Source: a virus. Taken from it: a stretch of 64,000 nucleotides of DNA. The stretch lies in IMG/VR virus record IMGVR_UViG_3300014012_000001, positions 30,831 through 94,830 of that record. One strand, given 5' to 3'. The notes beneath the pieces are model-generated. The model had not been told where the DNA came from, did not search any database, and saw nothing but the letters and a program-made list of their open reading frames with translations. The position numbers and the translations under genes were made by a program. Positions 1 through 8,774 of this stretch are shown one piece after another. Position 1 is the stretch's first letter; every line of letters starts with the position of its first letter.

Positions 1-1
1 C

Positions 2-463
2 GGCAAATGGTGTCACGATCTGCTCAACCTGATGTATGGTGAGTTGGGTCATGAAGACAAAATCCATTTGGTAGTGTTCCAACCCGCGAAGAACCGTGCG
101 GCTCTGTTCCCATTTATGTGTGCTGAAAGTCAGTGTGTGGTATTGAACATTACCGCCAGTGCCGTGATTCGTTTTGAAATGGATTACAATGGCGTCACCT
201 TCGAATGCGGCCTGCAAGGCAAACAGTTCTATGACACCATCACCTGGGATGAAGTCATGGCTATCGAGGTGCGCAATGGTGGTTGGGTGCGTTACCAAAT
301 CCCCATGAGTCCCGATGAAGTTCAGGCCATGGCTGAACTGATGACTAATGTCGGTAATGTTGTTGCCTGTGGTTCAGGTTCCTTTGACCTCGCAGACGAA
401 CCCGTTGAGAAGATCACTGGTAACGTGGTGCAGGCACAGTTCGGTAAGAAAGGGGTTGTGTAG
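2..463 (+). CDS. sspB: SspB-like ClpXP adaptor (stringent starvation protein B family); frame is open from the window edge, so the true start may lie upstream
   Basis: VVLNITASAVIRFEMDYNGVTFECGLQGKQFYDTITWDEVMAIEVRNG parallels the SspB core (IVLNIAPRAVGNLEL...VRFNARFGG...VPLAAVLAIYARENG). It has a flexible acidic tail ending NVVQAQFGKK. Confidence 0.7.
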   Translation, partial: GKWCHDLLNLMYGELGHEDKIHLVVFQPAKNRAALFPFMCAESQCVVLNITASAVIRFEMDYNGVTFECGLQGKQFYDTITWDEVMAIEVRNGGWVRYQIPMSPDEVQAMAELMTNVGNVVACGSGSFDLADEPVEKITGNVVQAQFGKKGVV

Positions 464-501
464 CACCCCACCGAATCACAAAACCTTAACGAGAAAGTGT
501 C

Positions 502-1233
502 ATGGAAGAAGATATCCGCTATTACCACCATTGCCAACACCCTGAATGGTTGTCGATGGATACCCTCGAGCCCAGAGGGTTGTATCTCTCACATAGTGAA
601 AAGAATTGGTCCTCCCCACACTTGGTCGACATCGTCACCTATGAGGTCACCCTCAAGCCCGGCACCAAGTTAAAGCAGATCTATTGCTCTTGCGATTTCG
701 AATTCCTGGACCGAGAGGACTTGATTCTGCAATACATGGATGAAGGGTACGATGGGATCGAACACCGATTCGGTATGAAGGATGCCGCACCTTTTGCTAA
801 AGGGGGTTTGTACGAAGACTTTGAATGGGTGACGTCCGGTAAAGAAAACTCACCCATGGGTGATTCTTCAAGTGACCAAATCTTTCTGTTTCGGGCCACC
901 GATTCGGTAGAGAGTATCATTGTTTCGAGGCCTTCTGACTTCCAAATGGCAACACAGTTCATTGAGGTTGTGTTGCCTCGAAAAGTATTGCCTTCCCTTG
1001 GCGAGAAATCCATTGCAGACATTCGAGACTCACTCGAGTGTCGCAGACTGTTGCTCGAGTATGCTCCACGGGGACATTACTTTAGGTGTTGGTATGAACT
1101 TAACCCTCGTACGATCAAGCTTCGGTATATCCCCCGCCCAGTACTTGAAATTGAAACTTTAAATTTGGAGAACGCCAGAGCTTTAGCACGCCTTCTCTAC
1201 GACATTCGAGAAAGTAGCAACTTCCCAATGTGA
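502..1233 (+). CDS. Hypothetical protein; possible ADP-ribosyltransferase-like (ART-PolyVal-like) N-terminal domain
   Basis: 243-aa ORF. The motif order YYH...GLYLS...YEVTL...GYDGI...QIFLF resembles ART-fold domains. Confidence 0.4.
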   Translation: MEEDIRYYHHCQHPEWLSMDTLEPRGLYLSHSEKNWSSPHLVDIVTYEVTLKPGTKLKQIYCSCDFEFLDREDLILQYMDEGYDGIEHRFGMKDAAPFAKGGLYEDFEWVTSGKENSPMGDSSSDQIFLFRATDSVESIIVSRPSDFQMATQFIEVVLPRKVLPSLGEKSIADIRDSLECRRLLLEYAPRGHYFRCWYELNPRTIKLRYIPRPVLEIETLNLENARALARLLYDIRESSNFPM

Positions 1234-1282
1234 GCGATCACTCGTTAACTAAACGCTAACCCTCCTTGATAAGGAACGACTC

Positions 1283-2014
1283 ATGCCTCACCGCGACAAT
1301 AGCCCAACCGGTCAGTACCACGCCCTGATGGAAGACATTCTGGATAACGGCATCCATTGCGAGAACCGTACCGGCATCGACACCCATAGCGTGTTTGGGC
1401 GCGTGATGCGCTTTAACATCAGCAATGGTCAGGTACCGCTGCTACACAGTAAGAAGGTGTTCCACAAAGGCATCTTCCACGAACTGATCTGGATGCTTTC
1501 GGGTGACACCAACATCCGCTACCTCAAGCAACACGGGGTGAGTATCTGGGACAGTTGGGTTAAGAAAGGAACGGAAGAATACGACGCTGAAGGAAAGTTG
1601 GTTGCTGGCGAACTCCCGAAGATCTATCAGCACCAATGGCGGCGCTGGGAATCGATCAAGACGGTGGACAATGACAGTCCGCTGGTCGATTACTACCGGG
1701 ACAAAGGGTATCGGCTCTGGACTGAAGTCTATCAGCCCGAAGACCGCCTGACGTACGCCATCATGAAGAAGGAGTACGATCAAATCCAGATGTTGGTCGA
1801 TAAGCTCAAGAATAACCCCGACGACCGTCGCATCATCCTCTCGGCATGGAACGTGGCGGAGATTGAAGAGATGGCACTCCCGCCGTGCCACGTTCTCCTG
1901 CATCTCAAGCCGTACAAGATGGGTCTGACTGAGCGCGAGATGATCGCTGAAGAGCGCGATATTCCATTGGAGAAGGTTGCAACTCATCGCTTGTCTGGGT
2001 TGCTTTATCAGCGT
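1283..2014 (+). CDS. thyA: Thymidylate synthase, exon 1
   Basis: ThyA motifs NRTGIDTHSVFG, ELIWMLSGDTN, IWDSW, PDDRRIILSAWN, catalytic LPPCH. The ORF breaks off at LYQR, followed directly by TGA. Confidence 0.95.
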
Positions 2015-3110
2015 TGATTTAGCGCCTTCTGGGAGTGATCCCAGTAGCAAACCTCTCTAAACGGGGAAACTCTCCACAAGGAGACAATCCCGTGCTAAAT
2101 GGGCTTAGCCCTAAATGCCGAACGACTATCGAAAGCACCCTAGGATGAGAAAGGGTGATGAGTAGAGTAGGAGTCAAGTGACTTCGAAAAGAGAGGGGTC
2201 TCTAGGATGGAGATCATGATATAGTCTGGTCTGCATGGTGACATGCAGCTGTTTCCCCAGCAACGATACTTCTAAATAAGGAGGTGTCATGACTGGTATG
2301 TATATTGTTTACTTGATTATTACCGATGATGACAAAGCGTATATCGGAAGCACGCAAGAATTCGATAAGCGCATCGACAGACACTTTAGGGAATTAATGT
2401 CCGGGACCCACCACAACCAACCTCTACAAGAGACCGTTGCCGGTGGTTCCAACATTCGTATCCACACCGTTGTCTGCGAGACAAGAGAAGAAGCCTACCG
2501 AGTCGAACAGGATTTTATCACCCACTATCAAGCGTCAGGCAATTGTCATAACGTAGGCAGACACGCAAAGGGTGGGGATAACCTAACACTCAATCCTAAC
2601 AGGTTGGCGATTATCGAACAAATTCGACAATCCAACCACCACAACTTGTCAATGATGACAGTTGAGGATAAGCGGGCTAAATGGGGTCGTTCGGGAGAAC
2701 TCAACCCTATGTTCGGTAAAACACATACCGAAGAAGTTAAGTCAAAACTATCGGCAATAAATAAAGGCAACAAATATGCGCTGGGTTGCGTAATAACCCC
2801 CGAGCATCGTCGGATACTCTCTGAGACCGCAAAAGCTAGGGTGGGGGAGAAAAACTCCTTTTACGGAAAACAGCACAACGAAGAAACTAAGGTATTGCTC
2901 TCCAGTAAAATGAAAGGTCGTTTACCTATTAACACCAAACAGATCTCGGTCGACGGTGTGGTGTATGCATCTCAAAGTCAAGCTGCTAAGGCTTTGGGGG
3001 TATCTCCGGGAACGATGACTTTTCGCTTGAAGAGTAAGAATCCACGGTACAAAAATTACTTCGTTGTTGGGGAAACGGGTGTCGCCTAGCGAGCGACACC
3101 GAACATAACG
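2015..3110 (+). mobile_element. Group I self-splicing intron in thyA (1096 nt)
   Basis: Exon 1 ends in U2014, which can pair with G2022 in a P1 helix (GCGU 2011-2014 with GCGC 2022-2025). P/Q-like elements AAACGGGGAAA and AATCCCGTGC; P3 CCTCTCT/AGAGAGG; R/S-like P7 elements AACGACTATC and GATATAGTCT; terminal hairpin GGTGTCGC/GCGACACC; ends in G3110. Removing it restores YQR|SADVPIGVPFN in frame. Confidence 0.93.
2289..3089 (+). CDS. Intron-encoded GIY-YIG homing endonuclease with NUMOD3 repeats and a C-terminal HTH
   Basis: N-terminal YIVY...AYIGST...RIDRH...HHNQPLQ. Repeats NPMFGKTHTEEVKSKLS and NSFYGKQHNEETKVLLS. C-terminal SQSQAAKALGVS. Strong RBS TAAGGAGG. Confidence 0.92.
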   Translation: MTGMYIVYLIITDDDKAYIGSTQEFDKRIDRHFRELMSGTHHNQPLQETVAGGSNIRIHTVVCETREEAYRVEQDFITHYQASGNCHNVGRHAKGGDNLTLNPNRLAIIEQIRQSNHHNLSMMTVEDKRAKWGRSGELNPMFGKTHTEEVKSKLSAINKGNKYALGCVITPEHRRILSETAKARVGEKNSFYGKQHNEETKVLLSSKMKGRLPINTKQISVDGVVYASQSQAAKALGVSPGTMTFRLKSKNPRYKNYFVVGETGVA

Positions 3111-3416
3111 AGCGCTGATGTACCCATCGGAGTCCCCTTTAACATCGTTCAGTACTCGCTTCTGATCCAAATGCTGGCTCATGTCACCAACATGGAAACC
3201 GATGAGTTCGTTTGGGTGGGTGGTGACTGTCACGTTTACGAAGACCAGGTAACCACCGCCAATCAACAACTGGCGCGTCCAACTGAAGGTCCCTACACAC
3301 CTCGCATCGTCCTGAATCCTGAAGTCAAGGACATCTTCGATTTCACCATCGATGATATTCAAGTGGTGGATTACCACCCACAACCGGCGATCAAGTACCC
3401 AGCAGCGGCGGTGTAA
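3111..3416 (+). CDS. thyA: Thymidylate synthase, exon 2 (spliced product 345 aa)
   Basis: AGC GCT GAT GTA CCC ATC GGA GTC CCC TTT AAC = SADVPIGVPFN, in frame with GDCHVYEDQ and the C-terminus YHPQPAIKYPAAAV. Confidence 0.95.
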   Translation, partial: SADVPIGVPFNIVQYSLLIQMLAHVTNMETDEFVWVGGDCHVYEDQVTTANQQLARPTEGPYTPRIVLNPEVKDIFDFTIDDIQVVDYHPQPAIKYPAAAV

Positions 3417-3466
3417 GACGACATAAAGGGTGGGACACCCCACCCTCTTTTAAACTGGAGGTCCTA

Positions 3467-3865
3467 ATGGACATCGACACTTTAGGTCAACGCTATTTGT
3501 CATTACGTGACATCAAGTTGCCTGACAAGATTTCGTTAAGCTTTGAGGATAACCAACGGGTCTTTCACCTCAAAGCGTTTCGGGCCGACGGCGGTGCGAT
3601 GCATTTGGATGGGTTCTGGTACTACACGCAGGTACCGGATGCGCTGGTGTTAGAGCTGGGTGTTAAGGATCGTCACTTGTTGCCAGATCTTAACTACCCA
3701 GAACTCTTTGTTTTAACCGAAGCACGTGAAGGCGGTTACGTCTCCGACTACTCGACTAAGTACCGAGGTCACATCCCGGAAGAGTATCAAGATGGATTTG
3801 ATAAACTTCTGAAATGGTTCGAATACATGGTTAAGAGCGATGAACCCAGAATCTCGACAGTTTAA
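3467..3865 (+). CDS. Hypothetical protein
   Basis: 132-aa ORF with GGAGG RBS. Confidence 0.7.
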   Translation: MDIDTLGQRYLSLRDIKLPDKISLSFEDNQRVFHLKAFRADGGAMHLDGFWYYTQVPDALVLELGVKDRHLLPDLNYPELFVLTEAREGGYVSDYSTKYRGHIPEEYQDGFDKLLKWFEYMVKSDEPRISTV

Positions 3866-4027
3866 AGTGTTTAACAAAAATACTGGTGAGCGGACTGACG
3901 TTCAAGGCGTCGACGCCCTCACCAAACTACTAGAGGTTCCTTTTGAAACCTTCCCCAAGGTTTACATCACAAAAGGAACCTTTGGACATTTAGTCGTCTT
4001 TGAATACACCCGGAAGTAGGTAAGTCG

Positions 4028-4747
4028 ATGAGTAGCATTCCCGGATACACCCTTGAAGCTTTTTTGGCATGGCAATACAACCTCATCGTTGAGGGTGAGG
4101 GGGAGAATAACGTCAGTCGCGGTATGGCCGAATCCATAGGTGCGGCTGTTCGTCGTCCTGTGTTGAGTAAGGTTCAGTTCAAACCGCTGGTTGCCATGTA
4201 TGAACCCTATCGTGAAGTCATCGAGCGCCGTTTGGGCGACTTCAATGAAGAAACCCAATCATGGCGTGGCTATGCGGAGTACGTTGATCTCGATGTACCC
4301 CTAGAGGTGGTGGAGGCTTCGGATCAATACGTTAAGACGTTGTGCAGTGCACCCGATACCCACCCCGCCCCAACGATCTACAACAAGGGTGAGTACAAGT
4401 CACTGACCCTGCGAGAAATCGAAGAGCTTGAAAACCGTCGCTTGAACCACCCCGGTGGGCTCAAGGTAGCCAACCTTGAAGCGATGATCGAACGGGTGAT
4501 GTTCGACGTTTTGTTAAGCCCTGCGGGACGACCCAGTACCACGGTGTGTCGCCTATACCTGACCGACACGTTCAGTGTAGTAGGATCATCTAACGTGTTG
4601 GATCACAGCAACTATGATCCCAAAGCCTGCAACCACTTCGCGTACATGAATGCGTTCGATAAGTTGTGGGATTACGCGGCAGTGCTGAGCCACATGTCCT
4701 CTACAATCGTCAACGAGAACGTTAAGGCAGCATTGAAGAAAGACTAA
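4028..4747 (+). CDS. Protein with a C-terminal phage Gp49 (N4 gp49/Sf6 gp66)-like domain
   Basis: C-terminal TTVCRLYLTDTFSVVGSSNVLDHSNYDPKACNHFAYMNAFDKLWD matches the family pattern TxCxlxLxNGFxVxGxSacvdpxnFdxxiGxxiAxxnAxxklW. Followed by a terminator hairpin. Confidence 0.65.
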   Translation: MSSIPGYTLEAFLAWQYNLIVEGEGENNVSRGMAESIGAAVRRPVLSKVQFKPLVAMYEPYREVIERRLGDFNEETQSWRGYAEYVDLDVPLEVVEASDQYVKTLCSAPDTHPAPTIYNKGEYKSLTLREIEELENRRLNHPGGLKVANLEAMIERVMFDVLLSPAGRPSTTVCRLYLTDTFSVVGSSNVLDHSNYDPKACNHFAYMNAFDKLWDYAAVLSHMSSTIVNENVKAALKKD

Positions 4748-4869
4748 CTCTAACCCGACTCCTTTATCAGGGGTCGGGTTTTATAACGCCTAGTTCGCCG
4801 ATCGGTTAAACTTAACGGTTGTGCGATATTTAATAGAGACTGCACAGCTTTTTTCTTTGGGGGTTTAGT

Positions 4870-5343
4870 GTGAATGTTTTTATCAAAGCAGACAGCGTGA
4901 GGGAGGCAACAATGCAAATAGACCTCTTTGCACCGAAGGAGTCTGATGTGGTAAACCTGACCCCCAAAGCGTCAGGTTACATAGCCAGTTATCAACATCA
5001 ACCTAATTACCAATACCCTCCTTTGATGGTGGTCAATGGTGTTTTGGATGCATACGTAACGAGCCTTTTACAACGCTCTAAAAACTTGGCAGTATCCTGG
5101 TGGCTGATGGGTAGTTACGCCTACTACTACTTGGATGAGACCATTATCAGCGATGAGTTCTTTGACTACTTGACCGTTTTGATTCGTGAGAACTACGATG
5201 AAATTGTCCATGTCAATAAAGACCTGATTACTGAAGATCGTCTTGCTTGTGGTTCGGCATACGACTTACGTTTGTACCCAACTCGTGTGATGAGCTGTAC
5301 CCAACAAATTCTGACACAAATGCGCAAAGTCCGTCCCGATTAA
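4870..5343 (+). CDS. Stand-alone protein with an NAD+-dependent DNA ligase subdomain Ia-like motif
   Basis: YAYYYLDETIISDEFFDYL resembles LigA Ia YYVLDAPEISDAEYDRL. No adenylation domain (KxDG) is present. Confidence 0.65.
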   Translation: MNVFIKADSVREATMQIDLFAPKESDVVNLTPKASGYIASYQHQPNYQYPPLMVVNGVLDAYVTSLLQRSKNLAVSWWLMGSYAYYYLDETIISDEFFDYLTVLIRENYDEIVHVNKDLITEDRLACGSAYDLRLYPTRVMSCTQQILTQMRKVRPD

Positions 5344-5477
5344 GGGGCGGACTTTATGCCGTCTTTCTTCAGAATCATATGAAAAGGAACTAAGGCTACG
5401 CTTGGGAAACTGGCCTCTCTTGCAAGTCGGGTTCTTGTTTTTTTTTTTGTCCTAATACACAAACTGGAGTCTTCATT

Positions 5478-5876
5478 ATGTCTGAGAAACGTTTCTTCGG
5501 TTTCGGGGAATTCGGTGCGTGGGTGCGCAGCCAAATCCAAACGTTGACCGATCATCTGAATCTGAAATTGGGTGAAGTCAACACTCGGATGGATGGAGTG
5601 GACCAAACCCTTCTGAACAAAGCCGACCAAAGTGCTTTGGATTCGACCAATCAAGCAGTAGCGACCAAAGCCAATCAGAACGAAGTGTCTGATGCATTAG
5701 ACACTAAGTTGGATGCTACTGCTACAGCGGTAGATTCGGCTAAGTTGGGTGGACAACTCCCTACCCATTACGCCACAGCAGAAGCGGTAACTCAACTTGA
5801 AGCTGATGTCAACACCATGTTGACTGATCTCACTGCTGCCTTCAACGCAGGCGCTGATAAGATCAACGCAGTCTGA
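5478..5876 (+). CDS. Short tail-fibre-associated protein, paralog of 13762..14688
   Basis: N-terminus MSEKRFFGF shared with 13762..14688. Coiled-coil KAxQ repeats and a DSAKLGG motif. Confidence 0.7.
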   Translation: MSEKRFFGFGEFGAWVRSQIQTLTDHLNLKLGEVNTRMDGVDQTLLNKADQSALDSTNQAVATKANQNEVSDALDTKLDATATAVDSAKLGGQLPTHYATAEAVTQLEADVNTMLTDLTAAFNAGADKINAV

Positions 5877-5888
5877 GTGAGGTGATGT

Positions 5889-6743
5889 ATGGGGCTCGAA
5901 ACACAACGTAGCGCCCTAGCCGCCTCAGCACAGGACTCGGTTAGCCGCATGGTCGACCGAGTCTTAGCCACAGACCTAGTACTAGGGGCGTTTATCACCC
6001 AGTACCCTCAGGTCTTGACGGCAGGACTATCGATTGAACTTTTCGTTGATTCGGTCAACGGTAGCGATGACAATGATGGCTTGTCGTGGGATACCCCATT
6101 GGCCAATGTTAACCTAGCGTGTCAACGCATCCCATCTGGGGCGTATGGTAAGGTCAACTTGATCAAAGGTTCACAACACTTTGTGGAATCCATTGATTGC
6201 AGTAACCGGATTATTGAGATCAACGGTAACGCCGGAGTTCCGGATTACTCAGGCGAATACGCCAGTTTGATCTCCGTGGCTAAGCCGAGTGGTGTCTATA
6301 TCAAATCTACTTCCATTTCGATTGGGCGTAACGGTTTTTTGTACATTCGGGGTTGTAAGTTAGTTACGGCCAGCTACGGTCCCGATGTGACGAATTACAG
6401 CAATACCGATTACAACACCGCCTTCATTAAAAGCAATAGCAACCATGGGGTGGTGGTGCTGGAACACATTCAAACGGTGTTAAACAACGCTCCGTTGATG
6501 TACCAACACTCAGGGGGCAGTTTTGGGGTGATGGACATTTTCATACGTGAAATGAATGTGCATCGAACCCCCGATGCTCAACTGACCGATACCCGGCGCC
6601 GGGCGTTGTTGTTGGGTACACACGGAAATCACCCCATTCCGTTTAAGCTCTATGCGTACCGGTTGGTATTGGATAACGTTGCCACTGTGGCAGAATTGTT
6701 TGGACAATCCTTGGAAAACGCCATGACCAACGTGCTGGATTAA
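5889..6743 (+). CDS. Putative tail fibre/spike protein (paralog A1)
   Basis: FVDSVNGSDDNDGLSWDTPLANV cap motif followed by a beta-rich body. Paralogous to 6755..7612 (LNNAPLMYQHSGGSFG vs LNNGALMHQHTGGSIG). Confidence 0.65.
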   Translation: MGLETQRSALAASAQDSVSRMVDRVLATDLVLGAFITQYPQVLTAGLSIELFVDSVNGSDDNDGLSWDTPLANVNLACQRIPSGAYGKVNLIKGSQHFVESIDCSNRIIEINGNAGVPDYSGEYASLISVAKPSGVYIKSTSISIGRNGFLYIRGCKLVTASYGPDVTNYSNTDYNTAFIKSNSNHGVVVLEHIQTVLNNAPLMYQHSGGSFGVMDIFIREMNVHRTPDAQLTDTRRRALLLGTHGNHPIPFKLYAYRLVLDNVATVAELFGQSLENAMTNVLD

Positions 6744-6754
6744 AGGAGGCTGTT

Positions 6755-7612
6755 ATGAGTTTTGAGATAGAAGCCCCCCAGCTGGTGGAGGCAATTGAAC
6801 ACTTCATCGACAGCGTTGATAACCGCTTAGATGGATATGACCAAAAGCTAGAGGTTTTTGAAGCTGACATCCCGACACAACTGTTTGCTCGGATGAGTCA
6901 AACAATCTACGTCGACCCTACGGTCGGAGTAGTGGGTAACGACGGCAAAGATTGGTCTCGTGCGGTCCCTACCGTCGCTGAGGCGGTGAAATTGATTCCT
7001 TCGGGTGGTGTGGCTCAACTGTACCTGCGTGCGGGCGTTACGCATCAACTGACTGAAAAGATCGACTTGAAAAACAAGACGGTGTGGATCGAAGGTCAAG
7101 GTTATCAGTTTTACCAAGCTGACACCTATGTCCCTATTGAATCTATTGCCAACATCAACGAAGGGGTGGTCGCAGCCGGTGCTTTCGTCCTGGGGTGGAA
7201 AGGGGCATTGCGAATCACCGGTTGTCAACTTCGCACCGTCAAGTATACCGCCGCCCAAGTCAGCGCTGGTATTGAAGTGTGGCACAGTTCTCTGATCAGC
7301 ACCTTCGGGTCGATTGGAAAAGTGTTCTTGGAGCACTGTTTAGTGACCTTGAATAATGGGGCATTGATGCACCAGCACACCGGTGGTAGTATCGGATTGG
7401 CAGACCTCTACATGCGCAACGTCACCATCGGGTTGACCGACCGCGCCACCTTGGCCACCACGGCAGGATGGCCGTATCTGATTGCCAAATACTCGGACGG
7501 TAAGATGCCGTTCTTTGTTTATGGTATCGAGATGACTCGGCTGAATGGTCTCACGTGGGCGTATTTGCTCAATGTTGACCTTACCCACGCCATTACCAAT
7601 TTGAAGGACTGA
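6755..7612 (+). CDS. Putative tail fibre/spike protein (paralog A2)
   Basis: YVDPTVGVVGNDGKDWSRAVPTVAEAV motif; AAAGGAGG RBS; paralog of the upstream gene. Confidence 0.65.
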   Translation: MSFEIEAPQLVEAIEHFIDSVDNRLDGYDQKLEVFEADIPTQLFARMSQTIYVDPTVGVVGNDGKDWSRAVPTVAEAVKLIPSGGVAQLYLRAGVTHQLTEKIDLKNKTVWIEGQGYQFYQADTYVPIESIANINEGVVAAGAFVLGWKGALRITGCQLRTVKYTAAQVSAGIEVWHSSLISTFGSIGKVFLEHCLVTLNNGALMHQHTGGSIGLADLYMRNVTIGLTDRATLATTAGWPYLIAKYSDGKMPFFVYGIEMTRLNGLTWAYLLNVDLTHAITNLKD

Positions 7613-7616
7613 GGTT

Positions 7617-7901
7617 ATGATGATTAAAAGCTTGGTCTTTGATGGTAAGACCTACACCCAATTTGAAGCTGAACGTTTGCTCGAGTTGGGTATCCCTGAG
7701 GCTGTGGTTCAACAAGCATTGGAAGAGCAGGTCATCGACACGGTCCGTCAGCAACGTCGTCAGGCTTACGCAGCTGAATCGGATCGTTTGTTCTTGGAAT
7801 GGCAATACGACCAAACCTCTGAAACCGAACAGATCTGGCGTGATAAGGTAGCGGAGATCAAAACCCGTTATCCGTTCCCGACTCCTGTTGCCGATGAGTA
7901 A
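7617..7901 (+). CDS. Tail fibre assembly chaperone-like protein
   Basis: RRQAYAAESDRLFLEWQYD...WRDKVAEIKTRYP is typical of small fibre chaperones. Confidence 0.65.
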   Translation: MMIKSLVFDGKTYTQFEAERLLELGIPEAVVQQALEEQVIDTVRQQRRQAYAAESDRLFLEWQYDQTSETEQIWRDKVAEIKTRYPFPTPVADE

Positions 7902-7912
7902 GGAGTAAGGTC

Positions 7913-8542
7913 ATGAGTTTGGAAACTGAAAAGGCGGCATTGGTTCAGGCAGTCGATGCCCTAACGGATGCAATCGTTGGTAAATCTAACGACTTTAAAG
8001 AACAGTTAGATGGTCACGAACAAGCGCTACAGGAAGCCGTAGAGACCCGAAATATTGACGGCGCTACGGAATACCAAGGTGCCATTCGTCGCGCTATCTT
8101 CCAAGGTTTTACTGCAGGCGTTGAACACGCAGCACGGTATCGTTCAGGCGACTTTCCTGAACCTCCGGCGTTAGGTAGCAACGACAACGTCTATGTACAC
8201 TTTAAGACGCCGTTGAATGTTAACCGTGACAGTCACATGTTCTGGTTTCACATGACGGGGTATTCTTTTGGTTCATCTAAGATCATTGACGAAACGTTGG
8301 TAGGTTATTGTTACGCCGTCCAACAAGCGTTGATCAGCAGTAACGGTTTTGGGAATCTCTCACCTACGGTGTATGTGGACCCTAACGGTAACGTCGTGTT
8401 GCGGTTGTTATTTCCAAGTATCTACTACACGACTATTCACATCGACACCATGCAAGTAGGAGATGGTCCTTTGTTTCAACACGGGGATCTTGAAGTACAG
8501 TATTCCTACTCCGCCACAGTCACCTTTGCAGGAATTGCATAA
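7913..8542 (+). CDS. Putative tail fibre protein (paralog B1)
   Basis: N-terminal MSLETEKAALVQAVDALT. Shares YVHF...MFWF...GYCY...VYVD.GNVVLRL.FP.IYYTT with 8775..9404. Confidence 0.6.
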   Translation: MSLETEKAALVQAVDALTDAIVGKSNDFKEQLDGHEQALQEAVETRNIDGATEYQGAIRRAIFQGFTAGVEHAARYRSGDFPEPPALGSNDNVYVHFKTPLNVNRDSHMFWFHMTGYSFGSSKIIDETLVGYCYAVQQALISSNGFGNLSPTVYVDPNGNVVLRLLFPSIYYTTIHIDTMQVGDGPLFQHGDLEVQYSYSATVTFAGIA

Positions 8543-8757
8543 TGGACGAACAGTCAATTGTTAAAGCCGGCTGGGCTTCAGTGCGCCAGAAGCGTAACGA
8601 TCTACTGCGTGCTACCGATCATACCCAGCTTCCCGATAATCCTTTGGATGAATCACAACAAGCCGAAATGTCCAGCTATCGCCAGCAGTTGCGTGACCTG
8701 CCGACGCAGGAATGCTTGCCGTGGGAAGTAGTGTGGCCAACTAAGCCTGTGGTTTAA
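8542..8757 (+). CDS. Phage tail assembly chaperone
   Basis: VRQKRNDLLRATDHTQLPDNPL...YRQQLRDLP...WPTKP is the classic tail-fibre chaperone pattern. Confidence 0.8.
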   Translation: MDEQSIVKAGWASVRQKRNDLLRATDHTQLPDNPLDESQQAEMSSYRQQLRDLPTQECLPWEVVWPTKPVV

Positions 8758-8774
8758 TTTACGGGGATGTCGAG

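Noticed and set aside
1283..3416. thyA as a pseudogene or split gene
   Set aside because: Group I intron boundaries restore a continuous reading frame with all catalytic motifs.
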